Positions 46,970 through 57,501 are shown, counted from the stretch's first letter. The stretch: 61,823 nt of DNA from an uncultured Mycoplasmatota bacterium (GCA_947649355.1 CANSRG010000002.1:1-61823), one strand, 5' to 3'. The notes: generated by a model from the sequence alone, not told the origin. Numbers and translations are program-made.

Positions 46970-49900
46970 ATGAAACATAATCGAAAAATAAGTGTGTTTT
47001 TATTACTTGTGGTAATAATGATAATTTCTTTAGGATTAGTGTTATCTTTTAACAATCAATCTTCTTTTGTTGTTAATACTGAGACGACACTTAATGCTAA
47101 TATGACTAGTTTAAAGCTAGGGCAAGAGGTAATAGTAACATTAAATCTAGGTAATTATAGTGATGTTACTAATGGTTATAATGCTTATAAAGCTAAGCTA
47201 ATATATGATAAGAATATATTTGAGCAAGTTTTACAAGATGACTTTATCTCATTAAATGATTGGGAAGAGTTAGAATATAATCCTGATACTTTTGAGTTTG
47301 TAGCTATTAAGAAAGTAGGAAGTAAGACTTTAGAAAATGTTGTTCAAGTTAGATTGCGAGTAAAAACAACAGCGAGTGCTGGAACAACTACTATAAAAAT
47401 TAACAATCTTGTTACTTCTGAAGGACACAAAGATATTTTTGTGGAAGATAAGAGTGTAGATGTTAATGTTATCAAAGATCAAGTAGTTATTCCTGATAAT
47501 ACAAATCCAGGAAATTCTTCTAATAATAATTCTGATACTATACATACTAATAAACCTTCTTTAGATAGTTCTAATAAAGTTGATGATAATACTACTGACA
47601 TTGATAAGGATGATAATAAGACAGATACAGATATAGATGAAGATAAAGATAATCAAGAAGAAACATTTAAACCAGTAGATGATAATAAAGAAGACAAGGT
47701 TGAAGAACAGAAAGTAACTAATATTAAACGTAATTCTTTTTTGATATTTATCATAATAATACTTATATTGCTTATTATTTTTACTATTATATACCGTAGA
47801 AAAAAGAATGATAATAATAAAAATGCTAATAAGTTGTTTATGTTTGTTCTTATGGGTGTATGTTTTTTAGTATTTGCAGGTTCTGTATATGCTTATAGTT
47901 TGTTTAAAGGTGAACTAAACGAGGATGGTCAAATCAATTATGATGATTTAAAATTATTGGAACTTTATTTAATCAATAAGAAAACTATTCCTTCTTATTT
48001 ATTAGAAAATGCAGATATGAATAACGATGATAAAATTACGATAACTGATTTAACTCTTTTAGTACAAAAGTTAGAAAAGACATTAGATTATGAAGTTGAA
48101 TTTGATAAAATCAATCAAGAAAATCAATATATACAAAAAAATAGTAATTTTACATTAAGCTTTAAAGCTACTGTGCTTTATGGAGCTAAAATAGAAAAAG
48201 TTAAAATCAATAATGTTTATTATGATGTTTTAGAAGATAGTGAAAATGATATTTATCGTGTTGTTCTAAATTCTTCTAATAAAGCTGGATCTATTAGTTA
48301 TCATTTTAGTGAAGTAATATTGAATAATAATCAAAAAGTAGATGTTGATTTTACAGAATCAATAGAAGTATTAAAAGATAAGCCAAGTATTACTAATTAT
48401 GTAGTTAAAGATAGTCTTAATGATTCAACGCTTAATATACTATTTACTTTGGATGATTTTGATTCAGCAGTTACTTATGGTAAGATTTTAATTACTGATG
48501 AATCTGGTAATACTCTAAAAGAACAAGATATTAAAGTTGGTTCTAATGACATTATGATATCTGTTATGGAAGATAAAATTTATACTGCTAAGTTTAGTGT
48601 AGGTTATAATTTAACAAATAATAAAGATTTAGATGATAGTAATCTAGTTGGTAAAATTGAAGAAGTAAAAGAATTGCATTTAAAAAGTGATTACCAATTT
48701 GAAATATCTAATTTTGTAACTGAAAAAGATACTTACTTTGTAACAGAAAAGGTTAAATTATACTTTGATAGTTCTAATACTAGTAAATATGTTCCTAGTA
48801 AAATTAGAATAAATGGTCAAGACTATGATGTTAATACTGAAAATGGAAAATATGTTGTAGTTTTACCTGAATTTAAAGAGTTTGGTAAAAAAAGTATAAA
48901 ACCTGAGATGATTACTTTAAGTAATGGTAAGGAATTTAAAATAGAAGATAACTTTGATTTAACTGTTAATATTTTTAAGAGAGTTCCAACTGTTTCAGAG
49001 TTAATGTTAGAAGAAGATGAAGAAAATGGTGAAGTAATCATTGATTTTGATGTTAATGATGAAGATAATGCATTATCTCAGATGTTTATTGAAATTAAAG
49101 ATAATCAAGGTAATTTACTTGAAAAAATTGATTTAAATAGTTCTGATTTAACAGGTTCTAAACATATTACTAAGGTATTTAAAAATTTAGGTTCAGTTTC
49201 TGGTTATCATGTAAATGTTATTGCGAGTTATTCTCAAACTGGTGATGACTCAGATTCTAAAGAAGATATTGTTTTATGTCAGAAAGATTTTATAACATCT
49301 TTTAAAGCTAATATTGTTTCTGTAAGTAGCGATAAAAAGTATTATGAAAAAGGTGAAAATGTAACACTTACATATCAAATCACTACGAATGGAGATTATG
49401 ATATTTCTAAGATTCTTATCAATGAACAAGTTTATCCTGCAGTAAAACTTGAAAAAGATTTATATAAAGTAGATTATAAAGCTTCTACAAATGCTATTGT
49501 TGAGGATATTCGTACTAGTAAAGTTATTTCTGTTAGTGGAAATGTTTCTAAAGTTTCTAATACTGTGCAAATTGAAGTACTTAAAGATGCTCCAAAGATG
49601 AGTGATTACAAGGTTACAAGTAATAATAAAGATGCAAAAGTTGTATTAGACTTTGATATCATTGATAATGATAATAGTTTTGTAGAGGGTAATGTAGTAC
49701 TTCTTCTAAAAGATGGTACAGTTGTAATGAATAAACCTATTCAAAAAGGAAAAAATAAAGTAGAATTTGATGTTGAGCTCTTTACTAAATACGATGTAAA
49801 AATTGATGTTACTTATGATAGAGATAGCATATTAGATTCTACTAATAAATTTACTACTGTTCTTTCTCAGGAAATGTTTGAAATTCTTGCTGAAGAGTTT

Positions 49901-52900
49901 TCTATTACTAATGTTAATACTATTAAAAATAATCAAAGCTCTAAATACTTTTTAAAAAATGAAAAGATTCATTTAGAATTTGATGATGCTAATTCATATG
50001 TTTCTACTATTGTTGCAGTTATTATAAATAATAAACAATATGATGTACAAAAAGATGGTAATACTTATTCTGTTATTGTTGATGGATACTTAGAAAGTGG
50101 TTCTAAAACATTGACAATTTCTAAAGTAAAATTAGCTACTTCTCATGAATTAGAAATTACCTCTAATAATCAAGTTCAAATAGAAGTATTGAAGGCTAAA
50201 CCTGTTATAGAAAATTATAAAACTTTGATAAATAAAAATGATTCAACAGCAAATATTTCATTTGATATTCTTGATAATGATCATGCTTTTGCAAATGGTA
50301 ATATTATAGTTGTTGATAAGAATAATAAAACAATTATTGATAGTGTTATTAAAAGTGGGGCTAATAATGTAAAAATATCTCTTGAAGAAGATATGGATTA
50401 TACAGTTAAGATTAGTGCAAATTATAATTTGACTTCTGATTTAACTATCACTGATAAAGATGTTACCGGTGTTGTTAGTTTAGATGAAGGATTCAAATTT
50501 AGTATTGATTATGATTTTAAAGCGACTAATTTTAAAACTTATAATAATGATTTGGAAAGTGTAAAATTTCACAAAGATAAAGACATTAAAGTTATATTTG
50601 ATAGTTCTAACTCAACTTCAAATATTCCATCTAAGATTAGAATAAACGATAACGATTATGATGTAAAAGCTGAGAATGGAAAATATGTTGCAGTTCTTTC
50701 AGGTTTTAGTCAAATTGGTTTAAATACTATTAACATTCAATCAATTACCTTATCGAATGGTAAAAAGTTTGATGTTAACCAATCTTTAGAGGTTACAATA
50801 TTAAAGGATATTCCGGTTATTTCTAATTTAAATGTAGTTGAAGATACAACCAATAATCAAGTAAAAGTAGATTTTAATATTCAAGATGAAGATGATACTT
50901 TAACACTTATTACTATTAACTTATTGAATGATAAGAATGAAATAGCAGAACAAATTATATTACCTGATGAAGCAATTCATAATAATAGTTGTATTTCTAA
51001 AGTATTTAATGGTGTATTAACATCAAAATACAAAGTAGAAATTTTAGGTAATTATACTTTGGGTTCTACTGATAGTGATGTATCTGAAAATGTTGTTTTA
51101 GCAAGTAAAGAAATTGAAGCTAGTGCAAGAGCCGAAGTGATTCTAGCTGTTAGTGATAAAGTATATTATGAAAAAGAAAGTAATGTAACACTCATTTATA
51201 CAATCTCTACTAATAAAACAGACAATATCTCTAGTATTACTGTAAATGGAAAAGATTATGCAGTAACTCAACTTACAGATGGTAGATATCAAATTTCTTA
51301 TAAAATTGATAATAATAGTGGTGTTAAATCTTTGGAGGCAACGAAGGTTACTTATAATAATGGTTTAACTGCTACCATCAATAATACTTTGAAAGTTGAA
51401 GTATTAAAAGATGCTTTAACTGTTACTAATTATAAGCAAATTGATGATGTTCAAAATTCGAAGGTTACTTTAAACTTTGATGTTGTTGATTCTGATGATA
51501 GCTTTATTAGTGGGGAAGCTATTTTAACAAAAAAATCTGATAATACTGTAGTTACTAAAAATATTACTAAAGGTTCTAATAGTTTAGAATTTGATGTAGT
51601 TGAACTTGAAAAGTATGATTTTGTAATAAAAGCTACATACGATAGAGATACTAACGCTTTAACAGAATCTCTTGATAATCGAATTGAAAGTAGTTTACTT
51701 ACTCAAGAAATTCAATTAGTATTTGATTATAATATTACTGTTAGTGATATTACAACTAGTAAAAATAATACGAATACTAAGTACTTTGAAAAAGATGAAG
51801 ATATAGTCGTTTCATTTAAAAGTTCTAATAAAGTAAACTATGAAGTAACAGAGGTTACTATCAATGATAAAACCTATACTGTAACTAAAGTAAATGATTG
51901 TTATCAAGTAACTCTTGATGGTTTTGATAGTGTAGGAGTTCACACAATTACTATTGGAAAGATAAAATTATCTAATACAAAAGAATTTGATATTAGTAGT
52001 AATAATACTGTTCAAATCGAAGTACTAAAAACTGCTCCATTAGTGAGAGAATTCAGTTATACTGAAGATAATTATGGTGATGTTTCAGTAAAATTTGATG
52101 TCATTGATACTGATAAATCAATAGATCATGGTAAGGTAATTATTAGTAATGATTCTGGTAATATAAAAGAACAAGATTTAATTATTGGTAGCAATGTCAT
52201 TAAATTTACTCCAAAAGAACAAGAAAATTATTTTGTAAAAGTTGTTGCTAGTTATGATTTAGATTCTAATCAATTAGATAATGATTCTAACTATTTTGAA
52301 GATGCTCTTTTATTAGAAAATGAAATATCATTTGGAAAACGTCAATTCCAAATTAAAGATATTGTTTCATCAACTGTTTATGTACAAACAGCAGATGGTG
52401 TTAAAGAAGCATCAAGTATTAAAATAGCTGATTTAAATAATTTAGATAATTATATTGTTAAAGTAAAAGCTAAAGATATGCCAGTATTCTATACAACTAT
52501 AGAAGAATATAGAATTGATAATAATGTATTAAAATTTGTTTTAAAATATGATGATATAATTCAATATAATGGTAATTTAAAACAAAATAAATTAGAAATA
52601 GAATATGGTGATGTAAAAGATGGTGTGGTTGAAGGTACAAGCTTAGATTTACTTATTAAAAAAATAGAAGCAAATCCTAGTGGCACATTTGAACTAACTA
52701 AGGATTATGATGCATCATTTATTTCTGATGGACAGTTAAGTGTTATTTCAAGTAAATTTACTGGAACTTTAAATGGTAATGGTTATAAAATTCGCAACTT
52801 GAATAAACCTTTGTTTAACGAATTAGAAGGTGCTACTATTAAGAATTTAATATTTAGTGATGTAAATCTATCAGGGGCTAATAGCAAAGGTACTATTGCT

Positions 52901-55900
52901 AACGTAGCAACTAATTCAGAAATTACAAATGTTCATATTAAAGGTCTTAAATATGTTACTGGAGCTGACCATTCTGCTGGTATGATTGGTGAAGCAACTA
53001 ATACTAATGTTAATCAAAGTAGTGTTACTGACTTTGCCATTACAACATCAGGTAAAATTAGAATTTCAGCGATAATTGGTAAACTTACTGATGGAACTAT
53101 CATAAATAGTTATGTTGAAGGAAGTATAAATTCTACTCAATCAAAAGATGGAAATGGTCTTGGTGGAATATTAGGACATGGTTTTGGAACTGTTCGTATT
53201 GAAAATTGTATTAGTAAAGTTTTAATTACGAATAATATGGGTCCTCGATTAAATGGTGCGATTGTTGGAATATTTGCTAGTAGTAGTTCTGTTTTAAAAA
53301 ATAATGTAAGTTTATCTACAGGAACAAACTTCTATAGTATTCATGGAAATGAGCCAGGTTCTACTGCAACGAATAACTATGAATTACTAGATTCTGGATT
53401 AAGTTCTAATGCTTCTGCAAATAGAGTTATTTCTATATCTAAAAACAGTATCAATAGTGACTTTTATAAAAACAATGCTAACTTTGATGAGACTATATGG
53501 GATTTGTCTGGAACTTCTTTTGATAAATTGCCAATTCTAAAAAATGATGACCCAAATAGTGTTGATACTGAAGTTGTTGAAAATGGAAGTGTTTATATTC
53601 CTGATTATAATAGAATTAAAAAAGTCTCTGGATATAGTAGTTCTAAAGAGATTCTATATCATAATATCTTTAAGCTAATGCCTTATTATGATGCTAAGTA
53701 TTTAGTAGAAGATGGTTCTAAATTTTTAGATAATCATATTTTAAATACTAAAGTGATTAGATATGTAATGCCATATAGTAATGGAAAACTATTAACATAT
53801 TTAACTAGTGAAAACTATAATACTATTACTGATATTAAAGTTGTGTTTGATGATTATACGATTAGTAATTATAAAGTTAATTTTAGTGAATTAAATCAAA
53901 ATATTTCAATTTATAATATAGAAGAATTAGGTATTTCATATGCTCCTAATAAATATGTTATAAAAAATGATTCTCCTATTATTGAAACTTTAAAAGATCG
54001 TATTGCACAATTAGATTATGCTACGGTTCTTGAACCATTAACTACAGCAGCTGATGCAAGACATTATAAAGATCATTATAATGAGGTTATTAAATCTTCA
54101 GCGTTAACTATTGCATTACAATTATTACAAAATGATGAAGAAAATGTCTTAACTATCAATAATGAAGTACTTAATAATAAAATCAGAGAACAACTAATTG
54201 ATGGTGGCAGATTTGATAAGATGATTTATGCTTATAACTATTTTGATAGATGGTATAGCTTTGAAATAGGTGGAGCTAGAGTGTCCGATATTTTGTTATT
54301 TGAAAATAAAATGTTTAAGGATACTAATACTCTTGATAATATTGTTAATGAAGTACTTGTTGGTAATCTTGGTGTCAATGTTACTGATAGTTTCTTTAAA
54401 AGTAATATTGCTAAGTATACAGCTAGTTCAGAATTAAAATATTTCTTAGATTATATTATTACTAATATTGGTGGTTATAGTGATGTTAATGATTGGTTTA
54501 CTGAATATTTTAGTGCAAGAAATATTTTAGCTGAATTTGGAGTAGACAAAAATCCTAATATTTTATATCGTGCTTGGTATCAGATTAAGAAAAATAGTAG
54601 AATGATACTTCCAATTATTACTTTACCATCTGATTGTACATATATCATTAGTGGACCTGCTCATTTACAAATTGGTCCATCACAGTTGTATCATAAAGAT
54701 GTAAATACTGCTGCGGGAAAAGCTGCAGTTCAAAAAACCGTTAATAATCATGTAACTCTTGTAAAAAGACATTTGAGTACATTAGCTGGTTCATTTGATC
54801 CAAACAAGTGGAATAATTATTGTATTATGGTTTATGACTGTACTAAAATCATTACAGGTTATAAAAATTCATATTTTCCAGGTACTAATATTGTAATAGG
54901 TACTTCACCTGTATATACTCAAGGAAAAGTTGGACAAAATTATTCATTCTTCAAAAACTTTAGTGAGGTATTAGGTTTATGGCAACCAGGTGGAAGTGCT
55001 GCTGGTGTTGGAAATACTGCAGGATTCTTATGGTTCATAGCTAGACCGGGTCTTACTAATTTTGATACTTGGACTCATGAATTTGAACATGCTTTATTTG
55101 ATAAAATTATGTTATTCCAAGCTGGAACTAGATTTAAATATGGTCTTGAAACTCTTACTGAGGGTAATGTTGAACAAAATGGTGTTTGGAGTGAAAATAA
55201 CCTTGTACAAGATGTTGGTCCATATTATTTCAACACAACTTATGATTTAAATAAGGAAGGAAATGCAACTCAAAATTTAAGTCCTGATAGAATTGATACT
55301 AGAGAAAAATTAGAAAATTATTTTAAAGGACAACAGAATGCGTTAGACTTGCTTGATTATATTGAAGGTAAAGCCTTTATAAGATTAACACCAGAGCAAC
55401 AAGCAAGAGTTGCGACAAGAATGTCTCAATCTGGATCGTGGTCTTCTTGGGGAGCGATTACTGCAGCTCAAGCAGAACAAATGAATTTAACCTCATTAGA
55501 GTCTTTATATGATAATAGAATCATTATACGTCCAGAAAACGCATGGGGTGTCAGTGTAAGAGGTCTTAGTGTAATTAATAGTATTGGTCAAAATGATTAT
55601 GGATTTGAGTCTGTTTGGGTAAATCGTTGGTATATCGGTCATAATGATAATGGTATTCCAGATGCATTCTCAGCAAAACGTAATTATTTCGAAATGCTTG
55701 GTTATGCAGGAGTTGATGGATATGTTACTTACGGAAGAGGAAGTACGAAAACAGATCTTGATGCTATTCAAAAAATTACAAAGTCTGTTACTGGAACAGC
55801 AATGAATTGGAAAGAATATAAGATGAGTAGATATGCTGCTGTTGAAGAAAATATAAGAAACAATAAGTATATTGATGTCGATTATATGATTGAAAGATTC

Positions 55901-57424
55901 TATCAAGCTTTATCAAGTGATACGAATAGAAATGCGACTTCAAGAACAAATCTTAGAAAAATATATTATCATTATTTAAAGAGTGTTACGAATGACTTTG
56001 TCGATGATCCATTAGGAACAACAGTTGAAGTAAATCATATTAAAACCGCAGAAGAATTAGTTGAAAAGATTAATGCTCAACCATATGGTTATTATGTATT
56101 AGATAATGATATTGATTTTTCTCATATGACAAAGAATGTTACTCAAACATTTATGGGAAGATTAGATGGTAATGGTCATAAGATTAGTGGAAATACTTTA
56201 CCTATCTTTAATAAGATAAGATATGGTTATGTAGGAAATATTAAATTTGATGGAACAAATATTCCTAAAACTATTAGTAATGCTGGTGCTTTATCTTATA
56301 AATCAGAGATGAGTACAGTTGAAAAGATTAATGTTACTAATTTAAAGATGAATTTTGGTGGACGAAATGATTTAAGCTTAATTGGTGGAGCTGTAAGTAA
56401 TGTGGTAACAAGAGATTGTACTGTTGAAAAACTTACTTATCATATCAGAAGTGCTGAAGATATGGCTAAACTTAATGAAGATACTGGTGGTATATTTGTA
56501 ATAGATAATGATATAGATTTTGCTGGTAAAAATTATAATGGTACTGTTATAAGTAATATATTTACAGGAAAGATAGATGGTCAAGGACATACACTTTCTA
56601 ATTTAACAGATGCTAGTTTGTTCGCTAACTTTAGAGGTACAGTTGAAAATCTTAAGATTAAGAATTTTAGTAATACTAGTTCAGGTCGAGGTAATGGCGA
56701 CTATGTTACAGCATTTACACAAGAATCATTTACAGCAACGTTTAGAAATTTAAGATTTGAAAATATTACTTTATCTGGAAGAAATAATGTTGCAGTTGTG
56801 TCTGGTGCTGATGCAAGAGATAATGCAAATTCTGTATTTGAAAATATTAGTGTTAAGAACGCTAATGTTACAGGAACTGGTGTTTATGTCTCAACATTTA
56901 TTGGACGTAAATATGGTGGAAGAATATCTAATGTATTTGTTCAAGGTAAACTTACTATTAATTCTACAGAAAACGGAGGTCTTGTTGGTTCACTACAACA
57001 AAATGGAACTGTAGTTGAAAATGTAGTTACTGATGTTTCAATTACAAAAACTCATAATACTTATGGAAATGCTAGTCTGGCTGAAATAAATGGTTCTATG
57101 TTTGGAAATATTTATAATACTCCAGTTATTAGAAATTCTATTGCATTTGGTAATATGAGTGGATATACAAACAATGCAGGAGTAGAATTAAAACCTTATA
57201 AATTTGCTGGTGCAAGTGAAGCTCAAGTTATAGCAACAATGACTAAATGTTTTGAAGTTGATGAAGAAATAGGATCAACTAGAGTTAGTGAAAATACTAA
57301 TGGAAAACTAAATAGTGTTGCTCGAGCAAATTTAAATAAACAATTTTATAAAGATTTAGGTTTTGATGAAGCTATTTGGAATTTGGATAATATTTCTTCT
57401 AAAGGATATCCAGTTCTTAAATAA
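46970..57424 (+). CDS. giant surface protein: cohesin-like + dockerin + repeat stalk + ZmpB/IgA1-protease (M26)-like zinc metalloprotease
   Basis: Uninterrupted 3484-aa ORF with an N-terminal signal/anchor. Domains are listed separately below. Three FTG.L[ND]G.G[YH].I/L.NL beta-helix-type motifs (nt ~52755-52800, 56150-56195, 56559-56603), as I recall for the M26 N-terminal domain. Confidence 0.85.
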   Translation: MKHNRKISVFLLLVVIMIISLGLVLSFNNQSSFVVNTETTLNANMTSLKLGQEVIVTLNLGNYSDVTNGYNAYKAKLIYDKNIFEQVLQDDFISLNDWEELEYNPDTFEFVAIKKVGSKTLENVVQVRLRVKTTASAGTTTIKINNLVTSEGHKDIFVEDKSVDVNVIKDQVVIPDNTNPGNSSNNNSDTIHTNKPSLDSSNKVDDNTTDIDKDDNKTDTDIDEDKDNQEETFKPVDDNKEDKVEEQKVTNIKRNSFLIFIIIILILLIIFTIIYRRKKNDNNKNANKLFMFVLMGVCFLVFAGSVYAYSLFKGELNEDGQINYDDLKLLELYLINKKTIPSYLLENADMNNDDKITITDLTLLVQKLEKTLDYEVEFDKINQENQYIQKNSNFTLSFKATVLYGAKIEKVKINNVYYDVLEDSENDIYRVVLNSSNKAGSISYHFSEVILNNNQKVDVDFTESIEVLKDKPSITNYVVKDSLNDSTLNILFTLDDFDSAVTYGKILITDESGNTLKEQDIKVGSNDIMISVMEDKIYTAKFSVGYNLTNNKDLDDSNLVGKIEEVKELHLKSDYQFEISNFVTEKDTYFVTEKVKLYFDSSNTSKYVPSKIRINGQDYDVNTENGKYVVVLPEFKEFGKKSIKPEMITLSNGKEFKIEDNFDLTVNIFKRVPTVSELMLEEDEENGEVIIDFDVNDEDNALSQMFIEIKDNQGNLLEKIDLNSSDLTGSKHITKVFKNLGSVSGYHVNVIASYSQTGDDSDSKEDIVLCQKDFITSFKANIVSVSSDKKYYEKGENVTLTYQITTNGDYDISKILINEQVYPAVKLEKDLYKVDYKASTNAIVEDIRTSKVISVSGNVSKVSNTVQIEVLKDAPKMSDYKVTSNNKDAKVVLDFDIIDNDNSFVEGNVVLLLKDGTVVMNKPIQKGKNKVEFDVELFTKYDVKIDVTYDRDSILDSTNKFTTVLSQEMFEILAEEFSITNVNTIKNNQSSKYFLKNEKIHLEFDDANSYVSTIVAVIINNKQYDVQKDGNTYSVIVDGYLESGSKTLTISKVKLATSHELEITSNNQVQIEVLKAKPVIENYKTLINKNDSTANISFDILDNDHAFANGNIIVVDKNNKTIIDSVIKSGANNVKISLEEDMDYTVKISANYNLTSDLTITDKDVTGVVSLDEGFKFSIDYDFKATNFKTYNNDLESVKFHKDKDIKVIFDSSNSTSNIPSKIRINDNDYDVKAENGKYVAVLSGFSQIGLNTINIQSITLSNGKKFDVNQSLEVTILKDIPVISNLNVVEDTTNNQVKVDFNIQDEDDTLTLITINLLNDKNEIAEQIILPDEAIHNNSCISKVFNGVLTSKYKVEILGNYTLGSTDSDVSENVVLASKEIEASARAEVILAVSDKVYYEKESNVTLIYTISTNKTDNISSITVNGKDYAVTQLTDGRYQISYKIDNNSGVKSLEATKVTYNNGLTATINNTLKVEVLKDALTVTNYKQIDDVQNSKVTLNFDVVDSDDSFISGEAILTKKSDNTVVTKNITKGSNSLEFDVVELEKYDFVIKATYDRDTNALTESLDNRIESSLLTQEIQLVFDYNITVSDITTSKNNTNTKYFEKDEDIVVSFKSSNKVNYEVTEVTINDKTYTVTKVNDCYQVTLDGFDSVGVHTITIGKIKLSNTKEFDISSNNTVQIEVLKTAPLVREFSYTEDNYGDVSVKFDVIDTDKSIDHGKVIISNDSGNIKEQDLIIGSNVIKFTPKEQENYFVKVVASYDLDSNQLDNDSNYFEDALLLENEISFGKRQFQIKDIVSSTVYVQTADGVKEASSIKIADLNNLDNYIVKVKAKDMPVFYTTIEEYRIDNNVLKFVLKYDDIIQYNGNLKQNKLEIEYGDVKDGVVEGTSLDLLIKKIEANPSGTFELTKDYDASFISDGQLSVISSKFTGTLNGNGYKIRNLNKPLFNELEGATIKNLIFSDVNLSGANSKGTIANVATNSEITNVHIKGLKYVTGADHSAGMIGEATNTNVNQSSVTDFAITTSGKIRISAIIGKLTDGTIINSYVEGSINSTQSKDGNGLGGILGHGFGTVRIENCISKVLITNNMGPRLNGAIVGIFASSSSVLKNNVSLSTGTNFYSIHGNEPGSTATNNYELLDSGLSSNASANRVISISKNSINSDFYKNNANFDETIWDLSGTSFDKLPILKNDDPNSVDTEVVENGSVYIPDYNRIKKVSGYSSSKEILYHNIFKLMPYYDAKYLVEDGSKFLDNHILNTKVIRYVMPYSNGKLLTYLTSENYNTITDIKVVFDDYTISNYKVNFSELNQNISIYNIEELGISYAPNKYVIKNDSPIIETLKDRIAQLDYATVLEPLTTAADARHYKDHYNEVIKSSALTIALQLLQNDEENVLTINNEVLNNKIREQLIDGGRFDKMIYAYNYFDRWYSFEIGGARVSDILLFENKMFKDTNTLDNIVNEVLVGNLGVNVTDSFFKSNIAKYTASSELKYFLDYIITNIGGYSDVNDWFTEYFSARNILAEFGVDKNPNILYRAWYQIKKNSRMILPIITLPSDCTYIISGPAHLQIGPSQLYHKDVNTAAGKAAVQKTVNNHVTLVKRHLSTLAGSFDPNKWNNYCIMVYDCTKIITGYKNSYFPGTNIVIGTSPVYTQGKVGQNYSFFKNFSEVLGLWQPGGSAAGVGNTAGFLWFIARPGLTNFDTWTHEFEHALFDKIMLFQAGTRFKYGLETLTEGNVEQNGVWSENNLVQDVGPYYFNTTYDLNKEGNATQNLSPDRIDTREKLENYFKGQQNALDLLDYIEGKAFIRLTPEQQARVATRMSQSGSWSSWGAITAAQAEQMNLTSLESLYDNRIIIRPENAWGVSVRGLSVINSIGQNDYGFESVWVNRWYIGHNDNGIPDAFSAKRNYFEMLGYAGVDGYVTYGRGSTKTDLDAIQKITKSVTGTAMNWKEYKMSRYAAVEENIRNNKYIDVDYMIERFYQALSSDTNRNATSRTNLRKIYYHYLKSVTNDFVDDPLGTTVEVNHIKTAEELVEKINAQPYGYYVLDNDIDFSHMTKNVTQTFMGRLDGNGHKISGNTLPIFNKIRYGYVGNIKFDGTNIPKTISNAGALSYKSEMSTVEKINVTNLKMNFGGRNDLSLIGGAVSNVVTRDCTVEKLTYHIRSAEDMAKLNEDTGGIFVIDNDIDFAGKNYNGTVISNIFTGKIDGQGHTLSNLTDASLFANFRGTVENLKIKNFSNTSSGRGNGDYVTAFTQESFTATFRNLRFENITLSGRNNVAVVSGADARDNANSVFENISVKNANVTGTGVYVSTFIGRKYGGRISNVFVQGKLTINSTENGGLVGSLQQNGTVVENVVTDVSITKTHNTYGNASLAEINGSMFGNIYNTPVIRNSIAFGNMSGYTNNAGVELKPYKFAGASEAQVIATMTKCFEVDEEIGSTRVSENTNGKLNSVARANLNKQFYKDLGFDEAIWNLDNISSKGYPVLK
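47081..47480 (+). other. cohesin-like domain
   Basis: LKLGQEVIVTLNLGN....GYNAYKAKLIYDKNIFEQV ... VVQVRLRVKTTASAGTTTIKINNL follows the cohesin type I pattern (PGD.V.V.V......I.A.DF.L.YD...L..V ... I.FKVK..A..G...I). Confidence 0.5.
47735..47893 (+). other. internal TM helix + basic loop + second signal-peptide-like segment
   Basis: FLIFIIIILILLIIFTIIY (aa 256-275), RRKKNDNNKNANK, then LFMFVLMGVCFLVFAGSVYA/YS (aa 288-308), which ends in an A-x-A-like cleavage context. Confidence 0.6.
47909..48073 (+). other. dockerin type I-like module
   Basis: Two EF-hand-like repeats, ELNEDGQINYDDLKLLELYL and DMNNDDKITITDLTLLVQKL, with dockerin spacing. Confidence 0.7.
48092..52340 (+). repeat. diverged tandem coding repeats (about seven A/B two-domain units of ~200 aa, with a ~605-aa super-period)
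   Basis: Type A units start [IV]EVLK[DAT].P at aa ~467, 670, 868, 1070, 1277, 1476 and 1683. Type B units contain ...FDSSN....PSKIRING.DYDV..ENGKYV.VL... A1-B3 (aa 467-1069) parallels A4-B6 (aa 1070-1682). Confidence 0.8.
55076..55090 (+). other. HEXXH catalytic motif of the metalloprotease domain
   Basis: TWTHEFEHALFD (H2703-E-F-E-H2707) with downstream GLETLTEGN as the candidate third-ligand region. Confidence 0.6.
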
Positions 57425-57429
57425 TTAAA

Positions 57430-57453
57430 GGATGGTTTTACCATTCTTTTTTT
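57430..57453 (+). terminator. rho-independent terminator of the giant gene
   Basis: GGATGGT-ttt-ACCATTC (7 bp including one G-U) followed by T7. The T-run runs into the TAGTCTA of the right yabG promoter copy. Confidence 0.65.
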
Positions 57454-57501
57454 AGTCTACTTTTTTTTAAATTGTCATATAGTTTAAAGGGAGATGATTA
57501 A

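Noticed and set aside
47735-47893. The possibility that the 3484-aa ORF is really two genes (a cohesin anchor and a dockerin enzyme) merged by a sequencing error.
   Set aside because: The frame is continuous, with no stop codon, no homopolymer-type frameshift signature and no RBS before the internal Met codons. It is kept as one ORF, and the internal signal-like segment is flagged as a finding instead.
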